Shown: positions 20,037-28,865, numbered from the stretch's first letter. The stretch: 32,000 bases of DNA from Candidatus Saccharimonadota bacterium (GCA_001897305.1 MKSO01000001.1:630001-662000); one strand, 5' to 3'. The notes: generated from the sequence alone by a model not told the origin. Numbers and translations are program-made.

Positions 20037-20895
20037 TTTGACGCAACCTATTTATACGGTCTTCAAGGGGAGGATGCGAACTAAATAGCCCAGCAAAAAA
20101 ACCAGGTTTTAATGGGTTACTAATAAATAATTGAGCAGTGGCCGTTTGCTGCTTTTGCATAGGCCGACCATACTGTTGAAGCTTTTGTAGTGCACTTACC
20201 ATGCCGTCCGTGTCACGGGTTGTCATGGCGCCGGTGGCATCGGCTAAATACTCGCGTTGGCGACTAATCGCCATTTGCACAATCGCAGCTATGATTGGCG
20301 CCAAAATAATGACAATGATCCCTATAATCAAAAGCCATGGGTTATTGTTACCTTCGCGACGATCGTTCCAAAAAAGAGTGTGTAGCACAATGTCAGACAA
20401 AAGCCCAATCGCGCTTACCAGTCCGAATGCAATCATACTGACACGAATGTCATAGTTTTGGACATGGCCCATCTCGTGTGCCATGACCGCTTCTAGTTCA
20501 CGATCGTTCATAATATCAATCAGGCCAGTAGTCGCCGCGACAATGGCGTGTTGCGGGTTACGACCCGTAGCAAATGCATTCGGTGCAGGATCTTCGATAA
20601 TATACACTTTTGGCATTGGCATACCTAAAGTGATAGATAGGTTTTCGACAATTCGATAAAACCGTGGATTATCGGCTTTTTCAATTTGCTGCGCACCAGT
20701 CATTGCAACCGCGAGCGAACCAGCAGCAAAATACTGTATCAACGCATATATAAGCGCGCCTGCTAGCACCCACCAAGTAACAGAAGTATTACCAAAAAAG
20801 TAACTTACCACCCAGCCAATAGCAGTAATAAGCCCAACGAACACGGCCATAATAATGACCGTGTTACGCTTATTCGTAGCAATGGCTTTATACAT
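20020..20895 (-). CDS. htpX: HtpX-type M48 zinc metalloprotease
   Basis: HEMGH zinc motif (MAHEMGHVQNYD), downstream EYLAD, four TM helices. Confidence 0.9.
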
Positions 20896-20930
20896 ACTAA
20901 GTAAACTACTTTTCTCTACTTAGGATGAGC

Positions 20931-21494
20931 TTAGAACTTTACGTCGACTGGCTTGTTTGCAGCGGCTTGTTCTGCTTCGTCAACTTCAAAGAATTCACGA
21001 TTTTTAAATGCGAACATTCCGGCTACAACATTTGCTGGGAATGTTTGAATTTTCGTGTTCAAACTAGTAACACCAGAGTTGTAGAAACGTCGAGATGCTT
21101 GGATCTTGTCTTCAGTGTCAACAAGCTCACGTTGCAATTCGAGAAAGTTCTGGTTTGCCTTAAGGTCTGGGTAGGCTTCCGCTACAGCAAACAGGCTTTT
21201 TAGTGCGCCCTCGAACTGGTTCTCGGCTGCTGCAGTATCTTTTACGCCTTTTGCGTTAATAACATTGGCACGAGCTTCTGTTACGGCTTCAAAAACACCA
21301 GATTCGTGCTTGGCATACCCCTTAACGGTTTCTACCAAATTAGGGATAAGGTCAAGACGACGCTTTAGTTGTACGTTAATATCGCTCCAGGCTTCGTCAA
21401 CCCGAATACGCAATGTTACCAAACTGTTGTAGGTTGCCCATACAAAGATAATGATAATTGCGACGATTCCCAGAATAATCCACAGTGCTAGCAT
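20931..21494 (-). CDS. lemA: LemA family protein
   Basis: [43 protein letters not shown] is the LemA core. I prefer ATG 21494, which has AAGGAG upstream and TATACT further up. Confidence 0.9.
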   Translation of the reverse strand: MLALWIILGIVAIIIIFVWATYNSLVTLRIRVDEAWSDINVQLKRRLDLIPNLVETVKGYAKHESGVFEAVTEARANVINAKGVKDTAAAENQFEGALKSLFAVAEAYPDLKANQNFLELQRELVDTEDKIQASRRFYNSGVTSLNTKIQTFPANVVAGMFAFKNREFFEVDEAEQAAANKPVDVKF

Positions 21495-21531
21495 ATGATC
21501 AAACTCCTTATTTGTATAATTCCAGTATAGC

Positions 21532-21561
21532 AAAAATCTCGGCTAAAGTACCGAGATTTTT
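21532..21561. terminator. Hairpin terminator after the tRNA pair
   Basis: AAAAATCTCGG (21532-21542) pairs with CCGAGATTTTT (21551-21561) around an 8-nt loop. Confidence 0.6.
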
Positions 21562-21574
21562 GCTTAATAAGTAT

Positions 21575-21661
21575 TGGTGCGCAGAGCGGGACTTGAACCC
21601 GCACGGCCGTGAAGCCAAGAGATTTTAAGTCTCTCGTGTCTACCAATTCCACCATCCGCGC
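21575..21661 (-). tRNA. tRNA-Leu (anticodon UAA), class II, CCA encoded
   Basis: GCGCGGA acceptor, D-loop with GG, anticodon loop CTTAAAA, long variable arm, T-arm with TTCAAGT, then ACCA. Length 87 nt. Confidence 0.9.
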
Positions 21662-21681
21662 TTAATTGTTAATGACACGAG

Positions 21682-21718
21682 TCGTGTCTACGCATGTTAC
21701 GTAATCCACCGTCCGTGC
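21682..21718 (-). pseudogene. Degenerate copy of the 5' half of tRNA-Leu
   Basis: TCGTGTCTAC matches 21634-21643 at 10/10. CCACCGTCCGTGC differs from CCACCATCCGCGC of the tRNA at 2 of 13 positions. Extra bases sit in the D-loop region, and there is no anticodon or T arm. Confidence 0.5.
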
Positions 21719-21728
21719 TTATATATTA

Positions 21729-21802
21729 TGGAGGCACCTACGGGTAACGCTCCCGTCTACACGGTTTTGCAGACCGTTGCCTAACTTCTCGGCCAAGGCG
21801 CC
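21729..21802 (-). tRNA. tRNA-Cys (anticodon GCA) with non-canonical D and T loops, CCA encoded
   Basis: Acceptor GGCGCCT/AGGTGCC, anticodon stem ACGGT/ACCGT with loop CTGCAAA, discriminator U73 (a Cys identity element). However the T-loop is AGCGTTA and the D-loop GAGAAGTTA has no GG. Confidence 0.65.
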
Positions 21803-21814
21803 ATCTGTTGGTTT

Positions 21815-21823
21815 ATTATACCA
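21815..21823 (-). promoter_or_regulatory. Extended -10 (TGgTATAAT) for the tRNA-Cys/tRNA-Leu unit
   Basis: Minus strand TGGTATAAT ends 12 nt before the tRNA-Cys 5' end. Confidence 0.5.
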
Positions 21824-21949
21824 GAGCATCCTCCGAGACTAATCTATTTTACACAAAACATATATATTTCTCAGCAAATTCTTAGTAATTCTATGGTAAA
21901 AATAGTGCAGACGTTTCATAATAAAAGCTATATAAGAGGGTATTTTTCT

Positions 21950-23170
21950 ATGACAACAAACCAAACCAAGACACAAATCGAACCTGATTCAGAGCAATCT
22001 AGCACGCCCGTACCACAACAGACAGCAGCTCAACAATCCACTCGTCGTTTTAAACGAACAGCCGCAACGTTTATAGGTATTTTTGGCGGCGCAGTGCTTA
22101 TTTGTTTCGGTATTGCGGGTGGCATGCTTATTAGCCATACACTACAACCTACCGCCACGCCTTCACTGACATCAGCCGATGACGGCAATAAAGCCGTGAC
22201 GGCCGAAGAAAGTTCTATTGCTGCTGTAGCTGAAAAAGTTGGGCCAAGCGTTGTTTCTATTGTGACTGAAACCGAAACACGATCATACCTAGGCACTACT
22301 TCAGGCGGCGCAGCTGGGACCGGCATTATCGTCAGCAAGGACGGCTACGTCATGACAAATAACCATGTGCTTCAAGATTCGACAAATGTAACAGTTGTCG
22401 ATAGCGAGGGCAATAGCTACGACAATGTTGAAGTAATTGGCCGCGACCCCTTGAACGACGTTGCATTCCTGAAAATTAAAAGCGATAAAGAGTTTACACC
22501 GGCCGCACTCGGAAATAGCTCGACTATTCGCACTGGCCAGCAAGTCGTCGCAATCGGCAACGCTCTAGGTCAATTCAGCAACACAGTGACGAGCGGTATT
22601 ATTTCTGGTACAGGACGCACCGTTACAGCAAGTACAAGCTCCAACGGCAACGACGCCGAAACACTCACCGACCTTATTCAAACTGATGCTTCAATTAATG
22701 AGGGCAATTCAGGGGGTCCATTGGTGAATATGGCCGGGCAAGTCATTGGCATTAACACAGCAATTGCCCAAGACGCAAATGGTGTCGGTTTCTCTATTCC
22801 TATAAACTCGACAAAGGGCATCTTGGCAGGTGTGCTGCAAAACGGCAAAGTCAGCCGTGCTTACCTAGGCGTTAACTACATTACCATCACCCCTGAAGTT
22901 TCTCGCCATTATAAGTTAAATGTAACAAGGGGCGCGTACGTGCATGTTGATGGGAATGGCTCGCCTATTGCCTCTGGTAGCCCAGCCGCCCAGTCAGGCC
23001 TACAAGATGGCGACATTATTACTAAAATTAATGACCAAGCGATTGGCTCGGCCGGCTCATTGTCTAGTATTATTGGCCAATACCGACCCGGTGATAAGAT
23101 AACGCTTACCTACCTTCGCGACGGCAAAGAACAGACTGCAACTATTACTCTCGGTTCTTACGCGAATTAG
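21950..23170 (+). CDS. htrA: HtrA/DegP-family serine protease with PDZ domain
   Basis: TNNHV (His), DVAFLKI (Asp), GNSGGPLVN (Ser), and a C-terminal PDZ (GDIITKINDQAI). N-terminal TM anchor. I prefer ATG 21950, which has AGAGGG upstream. Confidence 0.9.
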   Translation: MTTNQTKTQIEPDSEQSSTPVPQQTAAQQSTRRFKRTAATFIGIFGGAVLICFGIAGGMLISHTLQPTATPSLTSADDGNKAVTAEESSIAAVAEKVGPSVVSIVTETETRSYLGTTSGGAAGTGIIVSKDGYVMTNNHVLQDSTNVTVVDSEGNSYDNVEVIGRDPLNDVAFLKIKSDKEFTPAALGNSSTIRTGQQVVAIGNALGQFSNTVTSGIISGTGRTVTASTSSNGNDAETLTDLIQTDASINEGNSGGPLVNMAGQVIGINTAIAQDANGVGFSIPINSTKGILAGVLQNGKVSRAYLGVNYITITPEVSRHYKLNVTRGAYVHVDGNGSPIASGSPAAQSGLQDGDIITKINDQAIGSAGSLSSIIGQYRPGDKITLTYLRDGKEQTATITLGSYAN

Positions 23171-23210
23171 TAGATACGCTTAGATCCGCTCGGGGGCGTA
23201 TAATGGATAC

Positions 23211-24368
23211 ATGCCCGAGCGAGCGCCTGCCATTAACTACCATGCCGAATTAAAGAAAGCATACCGAGCCCAACGTCGTTATGAACGCGCCGAAACGAGT
23301 TGGGATCGGGCCCACTTTGGCATTGCGACATTCATGCTTTCCTTCATAGCCCTGACACAGGCCTACAATACAGACGTTGCGGCCAATAAAGAAGCAGCCG
23401 CAGAATCTGCACCACAAATGATCCTTACCACAGAGGACCCTGCTCATCCAACAGACGCTAACTTTTACCTTGGCGGTTTTGATACAACAGGTGGTAACTC
23501 AATAGCACAGGACGTTGGACCTGCTATTAATCAGATACTTCCCGGAGACAATGTAGCTATTCATACCGGCGAGTCTATACGTGACCCGCAGTTATTAGGC
23601 AACACGATCGTTGATTACTCCGAAGAAGAAGGCTACAAAACCATTTCTTTAATTGGCAACAGCATGGACGGTATTACAATGGCAGAGGTCGCTGATTATA
23701 TATCGTACAGCTCTGACCTTCCCGTTAAAACAGTCGTTATGAACGAAAGCCCCAATGGCTACGAAGGCTTAAAGCCAGAAGGCCAGACTAACCTTGAATG
23801 GTTACTCGGGTTTGTATCTTCAGTCAAGGACTCCGAGTATTCTACCTACGCTAAATATCTTGTTACGATGGTTCAAGGTATTCCACGGTTTACTCAAGAC
23901 GAAAACCCCTTAACAAACGTAAATAATTTTTTTAAAGTCTCTGATGAAACCTGGCAAGATATCGTCACTGGTCGTCGTTCACCCATGTGGCAAGTTACAC
24001 GACAGGCTTGGGCTTTAAAAGACAGTAATCTTCAGGCCACCATATCGCACCTTGGGCAGCTTGACCCAAAAAAGATGCGACCTACTTTTATTTTGGCACG
24101 CACAACCAACCCCGATGACGACACGCTTGTTAACGTGGATACCTCTACCAAGGCAACCGAACAATACCTAAAAGATGCAAAGCTTGATTATGACATTGTG
24201 TATGTCGATGGCGTACACCACACTAGCTACAACTACGACAAGGAAGCATACGGCAAAGCATTCTCTAATCAAACTGTCATTACTAACAAGATTGCAACAG
24301 AACAAGCTCGGTACGCCCTACAAAACAGTACTTTACCGTGGCTTATGTACAGTATGCGCAACCGTTAA
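23211..24368 (+). CDS. Hypothetical membrane-anchored protein, possibly hydrolase-like
   Basis: One TM helix (FGIATFMLSFIALTQAY). LIGNSMDG loosely resembles a nucleophile elbow but is not a clean GxSxG. TATAAT lies 6 nt upstream of ATG 23211. Confidence 0.5.
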   Translation: MPERAPAINYHAELKKAYRAQRRYERAETSWDRAHFGIATFMLSFIALTQAYNTDVAANKEAAAESAPQMILTTEDPAHPTDANFYLGGFDTTGGNSIAQDVGPAINQILPGDNVAIHTGESIRDPQLLGNTIVDYSEEEGYKTISLIGNSMDGITMAEVADYISYSSDLPVKTVVMNESPNGYEGLKPEGQTNLEWLLGFVSSVKDSEYSTYAKYLVTMVQGIPRFTQDENPLTNVNNFFKVSDETWQDIVTGRRSPMWQVTRQAWALKDSNLQATISHLGQLDPKKMRPTFILARTTNPDDDTLVNVDTSTKATEQYLKDAKLDYDIVYVDGVHHTSYNYDKEAYGKAFSNQTVITNKIATEQARYALQNSTLPWLMYSMRNR

Positions 24369-26728
24369 CGTTTCGTAGCTGGCTTGCTCGGTTCACCCTC
24401 TATAGAAACGTGTGGCAGTATGTTGTCGAGCCACTTCGGCAACCACCAAGCAGCCTTATCAAGATATGACATTACAATTGGCACTATAACCAAACGGACA
24501 ACAAATGCATCGACTGCAACACCGACAGCTAAGGCAAAGCCCATCGACTGTATAGTCGCATCATGGTTGCTAATAAAGCCGGCAAAGACCGATATCATAA
24601 TAAGCGCAGCCGCAACCACAACTCGGCTACCAATGGCAAAGCCGTCAACTACTGCCTGCTTGGACTTTTTACTAAAATGAAAGGCTTCCTGCATACCCGA
24701 AACAAGGAAGAATTCGTAGTCCATAGCAAGCCCGAACAAAATACCGATGCCAATAATTGGAATAAAGCTCACAATTGGCGCCGGGGCATCGGTAACCCCT
24801 AACCATCCCCACTGGAAGACTGCCACCAAAGCACCAAACATAGCCGCAACCGACAACAAGAAACCAAGTGTTGCTTTGAGTGGAATAAGGAGCGAACGGA
24901 AGGCAATCATCAAGATAATAAACGACAGTCCAACAACAACCGCCAAATACACTGGAAGTGCCTCTGCAAGCTTTTGGTTAATGTCAATCTGCACCGCAGT
25001 CGTACCAGTTACGGCAAGCGTAGCGCTGGTACCAGCAACAAGATCTTTGTCGGTGTCCTGGTTACGCAACGTGCTTGCAAGCGCCTTTGTTGCCTCTTCA
25101 GACGGACCAGTCGTTGGCACAACTTGTATAACACCCTTGGTGCCGTTGTCTGTAGTAAGAGCGGCTTGGGCGTTAGCAACACCGTCAAGCTTGCCTATGC
25201 GCTCAGCGATAAGCTGTAACTGATAGTACGGAGCGTATTGTTCGACTTGCGCATTAATAGTAGCTTGCGCCTCGGCCTGCTGCTGTGGTGTCATCATCAT
25301 CGCTAATTGCGCCGGTGTGACGCCTAGGCTTTGAGCTTTTTCGGCAAGTTGCTTTTGCGCCTGTTCTGTAATTTTTTCTCGTACAGCTGTTTTATCCGCC
25401 TCCGAAACGGCTGGTAAGTCTTCGACCACAACTAGGAGCGGACCATTCACGCCTTTACCAAACCCTTTCGCAAGTAAGTCGTATGCTTGGCGTTGTGAAC
25501 TCCCCTCGGCGGCCGTTTCATCAGTTGGAAGACCAAGCTGCAAGTGAGTCATTGGCCATGCTAGGGCAGCAATGATTAGGAAAGCAACCAGCAAGAAAGT
25601 CTTACGATACGTCGTGATACGGACACCTAGTCGATACCATATCGTTTTGTGGCTTACGGCCTCGTGGTGAACAATGCCCTTCTCTTGTTGCAGCTTAATT
25701 GCCTTGCGTGTTTTCAGGCTAAAGATAGCCGACTTGAAAATACCCAAAACGGCCGGAATAAGCGTTACAGCAACAAGGGCTGCAATTGCTACCGTCCCAG
25801 CTGCCGCCAAGCCCATTACTGTCATGAATGGAATTTGCACCACAGAAAGCGCCGCTAATGCAATAACTACCGTTGCAGCGGCAAAAATGACCGCGTTTCC
25901 CGCCGTTGCTATGGCTTTACCAGCAGCCGTCTTCATGTCGTAGCCGTCAATAACATAGGTACGATAGCGGTTAATGATGAATAGTGAGTAATCGATACCA
26001 ACTGCTAGTCCAAGCATCACTGATAAAGTTGGCGCAGTACTAGAAAGGTCAACCATGGTACTGAGCGAGAAGAGTGCGAGCATACTGACACCAACCGCAA
26101 TCAGGGCGGTGATAAGTGGCATACCAGCAGCAACTAATGAGCCGAGGGTAACAAGCAGCACTACCATGGCAAGTACAAGCCCAGCGATTTCACCTACGCC
26201 AAGAATTTCACCTACCTCGTGTTTTACTAGGTCACCGCCGGCCGCAATTGTTAACCCGGTGTCGCTCTTTGCCTTGTTTAGTTTATCTTGTACACCAAGG
26301 ATAGTATCATTACTGACTTGGCCACCATCCCCTTCACCCTTCATTTGAACAGTAATAAAGCCGATAGTACCATCTTCTGAAATACCCGAAGGATTACTGA
26401 AGGGGCTGATAGCATTAGTAACACCGGATACCGTCGCAATATCCTGTGACAATTGGGTAATTTGCGACTGATAGTCGGCAATTTTCTTGCCATCTGGCGC
26501 AGCAATGACTACCTTAGCAGACTGCGCACCGGCATCAGGGAAGAGTTCATTAAATCGAGTAAGAGCTGTTTGCGCCTTTGTGCCCGGAATAGAGATTTCA
26601 CTGGTGGTATGGAAGCCAACCTGGGACACAACCACACCAAGAATCACCAATATCACGACCCAGCTAGCGACCGTCCACCACTTTAGCCTAAACATCAATT
26701 CACCAAGCTTGCGCAGCTGCTCTGCCAT
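24365..26728 (-). CDS. MMPL / RND-superfamily membrane transporter
   Basis: Two homologous halves, each with 1 TM, a large loop and a 5-TM bundle. Asp-Tyr relay motifs GIDYSLFII and AMDYEFFLV. I prefer ATG 26728, which has AAGGGAG upstream. Confidence 0.85.
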   Translation of the reverse strand: MAEQLRKLGELMFRLKWWTVASWVVILVILGVVVSQVGFHTTSEISIPGTKAQTALTRFNELFPDAGAQSAKVVIAAPDGKKIADYQSQITQLSQDIATVSGVTNAISPFSNPSGISEDGTIGFITVQMKGEGDGGQVSNDTILGVQDKLNKAKSDTGLTIAAGGDLVKHEVGEILGVGEIAGLVLAMVVLLVTLGSLVAAGMPLITALIAVGVSMLALFSLSTMVDLSSTAPTLSVMLGLAVGIDYSLFIINRYRTYVIDGYDMKTAAGKAIATAGNAVIFAAATVVIALAALSVVQIPFMTVMGLAAAGTVAIAALVAVTLIPAVLGIFKSAIFSLKTRKAIKLQQEKGIVHHEAVSHKTIWYRLGVRITTYRKTFLLVAFLIIAALAWPMTHLQLGLPTDETAAEGSSQRQAYDLLAKGFGKGVNGPLLVVVEDLPAVSEADKTAVREKITEQAQKQLAEKAQSLGVTPAQLAMMMTPQQQAEAQATINAQVEQYAPYYQLQLIAERIGKLDGVANAQAALTTDNGTKGVIQVVPTTGPSEEATKALASTLRNQDTDKDLVAGTSATLAVTGTTAVQIDINQKLAEALPVYLAVVVGLSFIILMIAFRSLLIPLKATLGFLLSVAAMFGALVAVFQWGWLGVTDAPAPIVSFIPIIGIGILFGLAMDYEFFLVSGMQEAFHFSKKSKQAVVDGFAIGSRVVVAAALIMISVFAGFISNHDATIQSMGFALAVGVAVDAFVVRLVIVPIVMSYLDKAAWWLPKWLDNILPHVSIEGEPSKPATKR

Positions 26729-26801
26729 GACTACTCCCTTATTTTCGATTATAGGCTTATTATACCCGCTTTGACACAACTATAGAAAGAGCAAGTCGAT
26801 A

Positions 26802-26830
26802 TTGACTTTCTTATACATAAGTGCTATAAT
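26802..26830 (+). promoter_or_regulatory. Near-consensus promoter of GC-rich cassette 2
   Basis: TTGACT (26802-26807), 17-nt spacer, extended -10 TGcTATAAT (26822-26830). Confidence 0.7.
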
Positions 26831-26928
26831 ATATGCTACAAAGAACTTTGTTGCAGTGTAATTGGCACATGCCGCCCACTCCAAAGTTCCTTGGGAACTT
26901 TGGACAAATCGAGAGGAAACATAAGAAA

Positions 26929-27408
26929 ATGAGCAATGGATTCATCATCCCCGGTTCTGTCGCATCGACCAACACCACCCTCGAGGCGCACCGCGCCAAG
27001 AAGAAGGAGTTCGTCGACCTATTCACCGAGCTGTTCGCGGACCTGAAGGAAGGCGACTTCTTCCCCGGCCTCGCGAAGACGATCACCGTCACCCAGCAGT
27101 CCCACCCGCAGGACTTCCAGCTCCAGCCGGTCGCCGGCATCCAGATGGAAGCCGTGCTGTCGGCGCCGAAGCTGCAGCCGAACCTCGACCTGATCGTCTA
27201 CCGGACGACGTTTGACCGCGAGGTCGCCTTCGGCCTGTGGAACGGGCAGTACGTCGAGAAGGCAACCTGCATCATCGTGCGACCCCTGCGGTTCGCCGAG
27301 ATGACGCTGCCCGACGACATCCACGCCGATGCCAGCCTGTGCGAACAGGCGTACCAGGGCGTGCAGAGCATCGCGGACCCGCTCATCCGGCTCGTCGCCT
27401 CTCGCTGA
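26929..27408 (+). CDS. GC-rich ORFan protein B (159 aa), function unknown
   Basis: GAGAGGA lies about 11 nt upstream of ATG 26929. GC3 periodicity: 34 of the first 40 codons end in G/C by hand count. The track start ATG 26833 lies 2 nt after the -10 box, so it is not transcribed from that promoter. TGA stop, then a GC hairpin. Confidence 0.75.
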   Translation: MSNGFIIPGSVASTNTTLEAHRAKKKEFVDLFTELFADLKEGDFFPGLAKTITVTQQSHPQDFQLQPVAGIQMEAVLSAPKLQPNLDLIVYRTTFDREVAFGLWNGQYVEKATCIIVRPLRFAEMTLPDDIHADASLCEQAYQGVQSIADPLIRLVASR

Positions 27409-27421
27409 TCCCGTCCAAAGT

Positions 27422-27460
27422 GCCGGTCATCCCTTACGGGGTGGCCGGCGCTTCATTTTT
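27422..27460 (+). terminator. GC-rich terminator of cassette 2
   Basis: GCCGGTCATCCC-TTAC-GGGGTGGCCGGC (12 bp including 2 G:U) followed by GCTTCATTTTT. Confidence 0.7.
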
Positions 27461-27486
27461 ACAAAGTTTTTGTTGAATGCTATGAT
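27458..27486 (+). promoter_or_regulatory. Promoter of the S51 peptidase gene
   Basis: TTTACA (27458-27463), 17-nt spacer, TGcTATGAT (27478-27486). Confidence 0.55.
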
Positions 27487-27507
27487 TTGGCAAAGGAGTG
27501 TCTAAAA

Positions 27508-28275
27508 GTGACAAAAATTATCGCGATTGGCGGCGGTGAAGTCGGAGAGCCTAAAGAAGACGGCGACGGCTTTTACCCTGTCGAGACAACAGCTATTGAT
27601 CAAGAAATTGTACGACTCACCGAGAAGAAGAACCCTCGGCTCCTTTTTATTCCAACAGCTAGCTATGATTCGGTAGATTATTACGAAAGAATAAAAAGGC
27701 ACTTTACACACATTGGGTTTAGCGAGGTTAACGCGCTGTATTTATCCGAAAAAAGCCTCACGAAAGAACAAATCAAACATGCTATTTTGTCCCACGATGC
27801 TATTTATGTTGGCGGTGGCAATACCCTGCGCATGATGAATGTCTGGAAAAAGCTTGGTGTCGATAAGCTACTTAAGCAAGCCTTAGATAACAATATCGTA
27901 CTAGCAGGTTTGAGTGCTGGTTCGATATGCTGGTTTAGCTGTGGCAACTCTGATTCCCGCAAGTTTACCAGCGGAAGTAGTAAGCTCATAAAGGTAACCG
28001 GGCTGGGTTTTATTGATGCGTTGCACTGCCCCCACTACGACGCCGAGCCATTTCGACAAGACGACCTAAAACGAATGATGAAAACTACCCCCGGGGCGGC
28101 AATCGCTCTCGATAACTGCGCCGCTCTTGAAGTTGTCGATGGTAAGTACAGGATTGTTACCAGTAAGTCGGGTGCGAAAGCCAGGAAAACATATTGGCGC
28201 AGGGGCGAATATGTTGTGGAGGAAATTAAGGCTGAGGCTAGCTATAAAAATTTAAACGAACTACTACAAAAATAG
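27508..28275 (+). CDS. pepE: Peptidase S51 family (dipeptidase E / cyanophycinase-like)
   Basis: IIAIGGGE, LLFIPTAS, YVGGGNTLRM and AGLSAGSICWF (Ser nucleophile region). GTG 27508 with AAGGAG 9 nt upstream. Native-type composition. Confidence 0.8.
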   Translation: MTKIIAIGGGEVGEPKEDGDGFYPVETTAIDQEIVRLTEKKNPRLLFIPTASYDSVDYYERIKRHFTHIGFSEVNALYLSEKSLTKEQIKHAILSHDAIYVGGGNTLRMMNVWKKLGVDKLLKQALDNNIVLAGLSAGSICWFSCGNSDSRKFTSGSSKLIKVTGLGFIDALHCPHYDAEPFRQDDLKRMMKTTPGAAIALDNCAALEVVDGKYRIVTSKSGAKARKTYWRRGEYVVEEIKAEASYKNLNELLQK

Positions 28276-28296
28276 TAACCCTGCTACCCATTCTTG

Positions 28297-28351
28297 AAAA
28301 TGGAAAGGGCCCGCACTGACGCGGTCCCTTTCGGGTGCGTCGGCGCGGGCC
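28297..28351 (-). terminator. GC-rich composite terminator of cassette 3
   Basis: Minus strand GGCCCGC..GACGC.CCC-GAAA-GGG..GCGTC..GCGGGCC gives nested 7, 5 and 3 bp stems with a GAAA tetraloop, followed by CTTTCCATTTT. Confidence 0.65.
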
Positions 28352-28361
28352 GTGACTTGCA

Positions 28362-28865
28362 TTACGTCCAGTAGTCCGGCTCCGTCGAGTAGCTCGATTC
28401 GGCTTCTTCTCGGATCCGGGCTTCGTCGTAGCGTCCCTCGCTTCGGAGTTCGTCGATGGACATGCCGTTGAGACGACGCTGTTCGGCATCACGGTCGACT
28501 CGCTCCTTGGTGGCCTGGGCGGCCTCCTCCTCGAGCGTCTTCCGCGTCTCCACCGCATGGTCGAGACGCTCCTTGAAGTCGGGAAGAAGAGTGACCTCTT
28601 CCCGAACGCCGACCTCTTGGACCATGACGATGACGCCGTGGTGCGGGTAGAACTGGTTGAGGCCCTGCTCGAGGATCTCGATGGCAGTGGTGCCGAGCGA
28701 CGCGGAGCGGATGCTCAGCGTGATACCCGGGATGTTCTCGCCCTTGCCGATGGCAGAGGGCTCGTTGACGTCCAGGACTGCCTGAACGATGACCTCGAAC
28801 CTCTCCTTAAAAGTTTCGATGGAGAGGTTGGCAGGTGCATACAGTGTTGCCCCGATGTACGACAT
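28362..28865 (-). CDS. GC-rich ORFan protein C (167 aa, charged C-terminal helix), function unknown
   Basis: ATG 28865, TAA stop at 28362-28364. G/C-ending codons dominate (29 of the first 40, higher further in). Promoter and terminator have the same polarity, and the opposite-strand ORFs give low-complexity junk. Confidence 0.75.
   Translation of the reverse strand: MSYIGATLYAPANLSIETFKERFEVIVQAVLDVNEPSAIGKGENIPGITLSIRSASLGTTAIEILEQGLNQFYPHHGVIVMVQEVGVREEVTLLPDFKERLDHAVETRKTLEEEAAQATKERVDRDAEQRRLNGMSIDELRSEGRYDEARIREEAESSYSTEPDYWT

Noticed and set aside
20897-20923. Inverted repeat CTAAGTA / TACTTAG between lemA and htpX
   Set aside because: It is only 7 bp, AT-rich, with a 13-nt loop, so it is too weak to call a terminator or operator.
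24384-26774. Many + strand ORFs antisense to the MMPL gene
   Set aside because: The minus-strand 787-aa product has clear family motifs and duplicated topology. The + strand ORFs are short, Ala/Thr/Ser-rich mirror frames.
27019-27476. ORFs 27019-27324 (-), 27198-27386 (-) and 27237-27476 (+) inside cassette 2
   Set aside because: They are antisense or out-of-frame shadows of the GC-rich gene, with junk-like composition and no start signals.
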